64,000 nt of DNA from Promethearchaeota archaeon (GTDB lineage: Archaea; Asgardarchaeota; Lokiarchaeia; Sigyniarchaeales; SOKP01): positions 32,001-96,000 of the forward strand of contig JBHLMQ010000003.1 of the NCBI GenBank assembly GCA_048938005.1, given 5' to 3'. Below are positions 59,894-64,000 of the stretch, piece after piece (position 1 is the stretch's first letter; each line of letters starts with the position of its first letter). Both the position numbers and the translations under genes were made by a program. The notes under the pieces were generated by a model. The model had not been told where the DNA came from, ran no database searches, and saw only the letters and a list, made by a program, of their open reading frames with translations.

Positions 59894-62197
59894 ATGAATA
59901 TTGAGGAATTTAAATTTTTAGATAAGACAATCCTGATTGAAAACAAAGAGAAATTAAAATCTTCATTTAAGATTAAGTCTTATAAAATTAAACTGAAATT
60001 TATGGAAGATAACAAAATTCCTCGAAAAAGTATTAAAGAAGTTCTTAATCATCTATTTTTTAAGGATAAATTTATCTCTATTAAAACTAAAACCTCAATT
60101 TCGAAAATAATCTACTCTGAAATTGATAGGATTATCATTATAATCACACCAAGTGGAAAAGATATAATTCGAAATCGCGATAAATTAGTTAGAAATTATG
60201 GTTGGTTCTTCTTTATATCTGAGAGTGATACAACTCAAGAAATAGCTAAAAAGGATAAGATTAAAAAGAAAGAAAATAAAAAACAAGAAATAACACTTTC
60301 TAAAGAAGAATTCCAATATGAAGATTTGAGAATTATTTTAAAACAAAAAAAAAATATGCGTCCACTTTATCACACAAAAGAATATAGACATTATTTAAAA
60401 TTAATCAAATCAGAAAATATTCCGCATCTTCCTTTAAAAGATGTTCTTAATGATTTATTTTTTAGTGTTGAATCAATTCCAATAGAAGAGAAGAAAGCCA
60501 TTAGAAAAATCATTTATTACCAAGAAGAAAAAGTTATTGTCATTAAATCTCTTATTGGAGATGAAATGTATGAAAACTTAGAGAATCTCGTTAAGAAATA
60601 TGGGTGGTATCTCTATATTACAGGTGTGCCTGTAGGAAAAAGTGATATCTCAATTGCTATAGATAAAATTGAAAAAAAATTTAATTCGGATTCTTTTACC
60701 AATATTTCCTTAATCGATGAAGAGAGTAATTCAAGTAACATTCGGGTAACGATTTATCCTATAGTTTTAAAACCAAATCATAATGCACATATTCTCGGAT
60801 TAGGTAACTTTAATATATTACTCGATTGCGGACTTTCTGAAAAAGATGAAGAAAAAGAAATGGAAGGAGATTTCCAATATATTGAAGAATATCTTCAGAA
60901 TTTACCACAGTATATTATGGAAGAAGAGAAAAAGAAAAAAGGAAATACAGAAGATGAATCAAATGATATTAGCTTAGATGATTTACCAAGGAATCCTAAA
61001 ATTAATGCTATATTTATATCTCATAGCCATTATGATCATGTTTCTGGGCTTAAGGAATTAATAAGATTGCATCCTGATATTCCTATTTTATGTTCTCGAA
61101 TAACTCTTGATTTATACTTATTGAGAGATTCTAACTTCTTAAAACAAGAAAATCATAATGAAATTGAAGAAGAAGAGTACCTAAAAATAGTAAAAAATAT
61201 AATATATGTTGAAAACGGCACCAAAATCGAGTTTAAAGAAAAAGATTGTTTTATCTCATTTTTCCATGCAGGTCATATGCCAGGAGCATTGATGATCCTA
61301 GTAAAAGTTAATAATTTTAAATTTCTCTATACAGGAGACTATACTTATTATGATATAACACCATTTGCTGGTACTAGACGATTTCTAGAACAAATTTCTC
61401 ATCCTATTGATTATCTCTTAATTGATGGTACTAGTGCACAAGAAGATTTTGGAAATATCTCTGATCAATTTCATAGTTTAATCTTATTTTTAGAACAAAA
61501 AGCAGAATATGGAGACAACTCATTAATAGGTGCGGATCCTTCAAGTTTAGCTATTAGTTTCATGTTAATATTTTGGAGATATTTTAGGAAACTTCAATTA
61601 CGGCGTGGTTTCAAAAAGCGTCCAAATATTTATGTAGACATGATGGTGAGAAAAAATATTCAAGTAATAAATCACCGTTATGAATATATCTATGGCCCAA
61701 TTTCAAGATTAATTAGAGATAAAGCAAATCCATTCAATAGCATAAAATTTAGATGGTTCGATCAATCCAATTTAGATTTCTTACGTAAAAGAAATAATAT
61801 AATTATTTCACATCCACCAGACCTTTCTTATGGATTAATAAGAAATATTATTAATGTTGTAGGACGAAGTCCACACACCTTTGTTTTTCTTGCTGGTTCT
61901 ATTCATGAACAGCCTGGATTAGATCTAATAGAAGGTGCTGAAGAAATTGTTTTATCTGAAACGTGGAAGGTGCCATTTAGAGCTTTTCTGCTTAATAACT
62001 TTGCACCTCATATTAAAATTAAACTACATGCCGACAAAAATCAACTGAGAGAAATGATAAAAATTTTGGAACCAAAAGAAGTATGTTTTTTTCATCAATC
62101 CGCTAAAAAATTGACTAATGTAGTAGAATACGTAAAACAATTAGGGGTCGAAAAAGTCTCATTGCCTAAAAAAAGGAAACTCTTGATATTAAATTAA
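59894..62197 (+). CDS. MBL-fold beta-CASP nuclease with duplicated N-terminal domain
   Basis: LLDCG, SHSHYDH, AGHMPG, YTGD, LHAD, FHQ; two K(E/D)VLNxLFF..YGW repeats. Confidence 0.85.
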   Translation: MNIEEFKFLDKTILIENKEKLKSSFKIKSYKIKLKFMEDNKIPRKSIKEVLNHLFFKDKFISIKTKTSISKIIYSEIDRIIIIITPSGKDIIRNRDKLVRNYGWFFFISESDTTQEIAKKDKIKKKENKKQEITLSKEEFQYEDLRIILKQKKNMRPLYHTKEYRHYLKLIKSENIPHLPLKDVLNDLFFSVESIPIEEKKAIRKIIYYQEEKVIVIKSLIGDEMYENLENLVKKYGWYLYITGVPVGKSDISIAIDKIEKKFNSDSFTNISLIDEESNSSNIRVTIYPIVLKPNHNAHILGLGNFNILLDCGLSEKDEEKEMEGDFQYIEEYLQNLPQYIMEEEKKKKGNTEDESNDISLDDLPRNPKINAIFISHSHYDHVSGLKELIRLHPDIPILCSRITLDLYLLRDSNFLKQENHNEIEEEEYLKIVKNIIYVENGTKIEFKEKDCFISFFHAGHMPGALMILVKVNNFKFLYTGDYTYYDITPFAGTRRFLEQISHPIDYLLIDGTSAQEDFGNISDQFHSLILFLEQKAEYGDNSLIGADPSSLAISFMLIFWRYFRKLQLRRGFKKRPNIYVDMMVRKNIQVINHRYEYIYGPISRLIRDKANPFNSIKFRWFDQSNLDFLRKRNNIIISHPPDLSYGLIRNIINVVGRSPHTFVFLAGSIHEQPGLDLIEGAEEIVLSETWKVPFRAFLLNNFAPHIKIKLHADKNQLREMIKILEPKEVCFFHQSAKKLTNVVEYVKQLGVEKVSLPKKRKLLILN

Positions 62198-62278
62198 TAA
62201 ACATTATTTATAAGAAATAAACAATAAAGCTTTAAGTTAACATTTTATTATTTTACTTAGTAGTACATTATCGATGGG

Positions 62279-62668
62279 GTGAAAGAGATTTATTCTGAAA
62301 AAGTAATGGAACATTTTAGAAATCCCAGAAACATGGGAGAAATGAAAGATGCTGATTCAGTAGGAGAAGTTGGAAATCCTGTCTGTGGAGATTTAATGTA
62401 TATCTATATAAAAGTAAAAGAAAAAGATGGGCAAGATATTATTGATGATATTTCTTTTCAAACATTCGGGTGTGCTGCTGCTATAGCAACCTCATCAATG
62501 GTAACTGAATTAGCGAAGGGAAAAACACTAGATGAAGCTTTAGAGATTACTAGAGGAGATGTTGCTGATTCTTTAGATGGCCTCCCTCCCATAAAATTGC
62601 ACTGTTCTAATCTAGCAGCTGATGGATTACATGATGCTATTAAAAAGTATAGAGATAAAAAGAAATAA
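62279..62668 (+). CDS. iscU: IscU/NifU-N Fe-S scaffold
   Basis: YSEKVMEHFRNPRN, GNPVCGD, FGCAAAIA, LPPIKLHCS. Confidence 0.96.
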   Translation: MKEIYSEKVMEHFRNPRNMGEMKDADSVGEVGNPVCGDLMYIYIKVKEKDGQDIIDDISFQTFGCAAAIATSSMVTELAKGKTLDEALEITRGDVADSLDGLPPIKLHCSNLAADGLHDAIKKYRDKKK

Positions 62669-62691
62669 TAAGATATTCTGATTTTAATTTT

Positions 62692-63558
62692 ATGCATTTT
62701 TCTAAACCTATAATTGAGATTATTCAAGAGCGAACGTCCCGGAGAACTTATTCTGGGCAACCTCTTCAGGAAGATAAAAGAGATAATGTGATAAATTTAT
62801 TAGAAAACCATGATTTAAATAGTCCATTTAGGAAATATGCTGGAAAAGCGAGATTTAAGCTTGTTAGTGTTCCAGAGTTTGATCCTAATGAAAGGAAAAA
62901 ATTAGGAACTTATGGATTAATTAAGGGAGCTCAAGATTTTGTTGTGGGGGCCGTTGAAAAGTCTCAATTTAATCTAGAACATTATGGTTATCTTATGGAA
63001 ACTATTATCTTAGCTGCTACAGATATGGGTTTGGGTACTTGTTGGTTAGGAGGTTTTTTCAATAAAAGTCTTTTTGCATCTAAAATTGACGCTACTTTGA
63101 ATGAAATTGTACCTGCTATTAGTCCTATTGGTTATCCTGTAAAAAGAACGCTTAAAGAAAAGATGATTCGATCATTTGCTAAAGCAGATAAAAGAAGTCT
63201 GTGGAATCAGCTGTTTTTTGAAGGGAATTTTAATGATCCTCTTACAGAGAAAAAGGCAGGAGATTATTCAAAATTACTTGAAATGATAAGAATAGGACCA
63301 TCTGCTGGAAATCACCAACCTTGGCGGATTGTTAGAGAAATCAATAAAAATATTTTTCATTTTTACATCATCAATCCCAAGGATGGACGATTCTTGCGTT
63401 ATAGCAGATTTAGACCTTTAGATATTGGAATAGCAGTTAGTCATTTTGATCTTACCGCAAAGGAATTAGGTATTAAAGGGAACTGGGTATTTGAAAACCC
63501 TGAAATTCCCGGAGCCGAGGTTTTAATATATAAGATTACTTGGAATGGGGATAACTAA
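62692..63558 (+). CDS. Nitroreductase family (two-domain)
   Basis: RTSRRTY, GLGTCWLGG, PSAGNHQPW, DIGIAVSHF. Confidence 0.92.
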   Translation: MHFSKPIIEIIQERTSRRTYSGQPLQEDKRDNVINLLENHDLNSPFRKYAGKARFKLVSVPEFDPNERKKLGTYGLIKGAQDFVVGAVEKSQFNLEHYGYLMETIILAATDMGLGTCWLGGFFNKSLFASKIDATLNEIVPAISPIGYPVKRTLKEKMIRSFAKADKRSLWNQLFFEGNFNDPLTEKKAGDYSKLLEMIRIGPSAGNHQPWRIVREINKNIFHFYIINPKDGRFLRYSRFRPLDIGIAVSHFDLTAKELGIKGNWVFENPEIPGAEVLIYKITWNGDN

Positions 63559-63706
63559 AAATAAGTCTTTACACTAATTTATATTTTTTCTAAAATCAAC
63601 CCTCATAATAGGTTTTTAAATTATAATCGACACCTATAATTACAGAAAATAGTAATGAATCTTAAAGTAATATAAAATAAATTTTTTAAAGATTGGAGTT
63701 AAAGAA

Positions 63707-63940
63707 ATGATATTTAATATTTGGGATACATATTCCTTTGTTCCATTTCATTGGATTTTCATGTTAGCTGGTGGTATTATTTATTTTATAGTTAGCTTAT
63801 TTATTGCTAAATATATGCATAGAGATGCCTTAAAGCGAGGAATTAAAAATACTGAATTTTGGTTGGTAATCGGTTTTATCCTGAACGTAATCGGCTTATT
63901 GCTTTATATATTTGTTAGGAAAAATTACGAAGAAAGATAA
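63707..63940 (+). CDS. Small 2-TM membrane protein
   Basis: YMHRDALKRG..W..NVIGLLLYIFVR. Confidence 0.75.
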   Translation: MIFNIWDTYSFVPFHWIFMLAGGIIYFIVSLFIAKYMHRDALKRGIKNTEFWLVIGFILNVIGLLLYIFVRKNYEER

Positions 63941-64000
63941 TAAGACTCAATTCCTAAAGAAAAAAGCAAATAATAACTTCCTAACCCAAATTTTTTTCTT

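Noticed and set aside
1146-62760. Short antisense or overlapping ORFs in the track (e.g. 1146-1526, 4232-4561, 16005-16292, 21775-22146, 23809-24150, 48814-49407, 51276-51662, 52493-52843, 62458-62760)
   Set aside because: They shadow well-supported genes and have no recognisable motifs

Overview
Very AT-rich, gene-dense chromosomal window whose gene content (Arf/Rab-like small GTPase, longin- and uDENN-like domains, two PAC2 proteasome chaperones, DUF2070, AfpA flavoprotein, SufBC plus IscSU, tungsten-type AOR, GGTGA-type ribosome-binding sites) points to an Asgard archaeon, most likely Lokiarchaeia (inference). About 60 CDS, one tRNA-Ala(GGC), two probable pseudogenes, a 4x17-bp tandem repeat and a PadR operator-like palindrome; no CRISPR, rRNA or transposase seen. 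Main leads: (1) a GTPase + uDENN/longin-wHTH operon next to a large surface receptor with a cytoplasmic longin domain; (2) a membrane-anchored subtilase that looks collinear with eukaryotic site-1 protease; (3) a B12-enzyme + opine dehydrogenase operon behind a structured leader that sequesters the SD sequence, flanked by a direct repeat; (4) a multi-TM TIR protein beside the tRNA; (5) an unannotated 41-aa acidic Trp-repeat peptide; (6) a polyferredoxin that seems to start at ATT. All family calls come from motif recognition by eye, not database searches.
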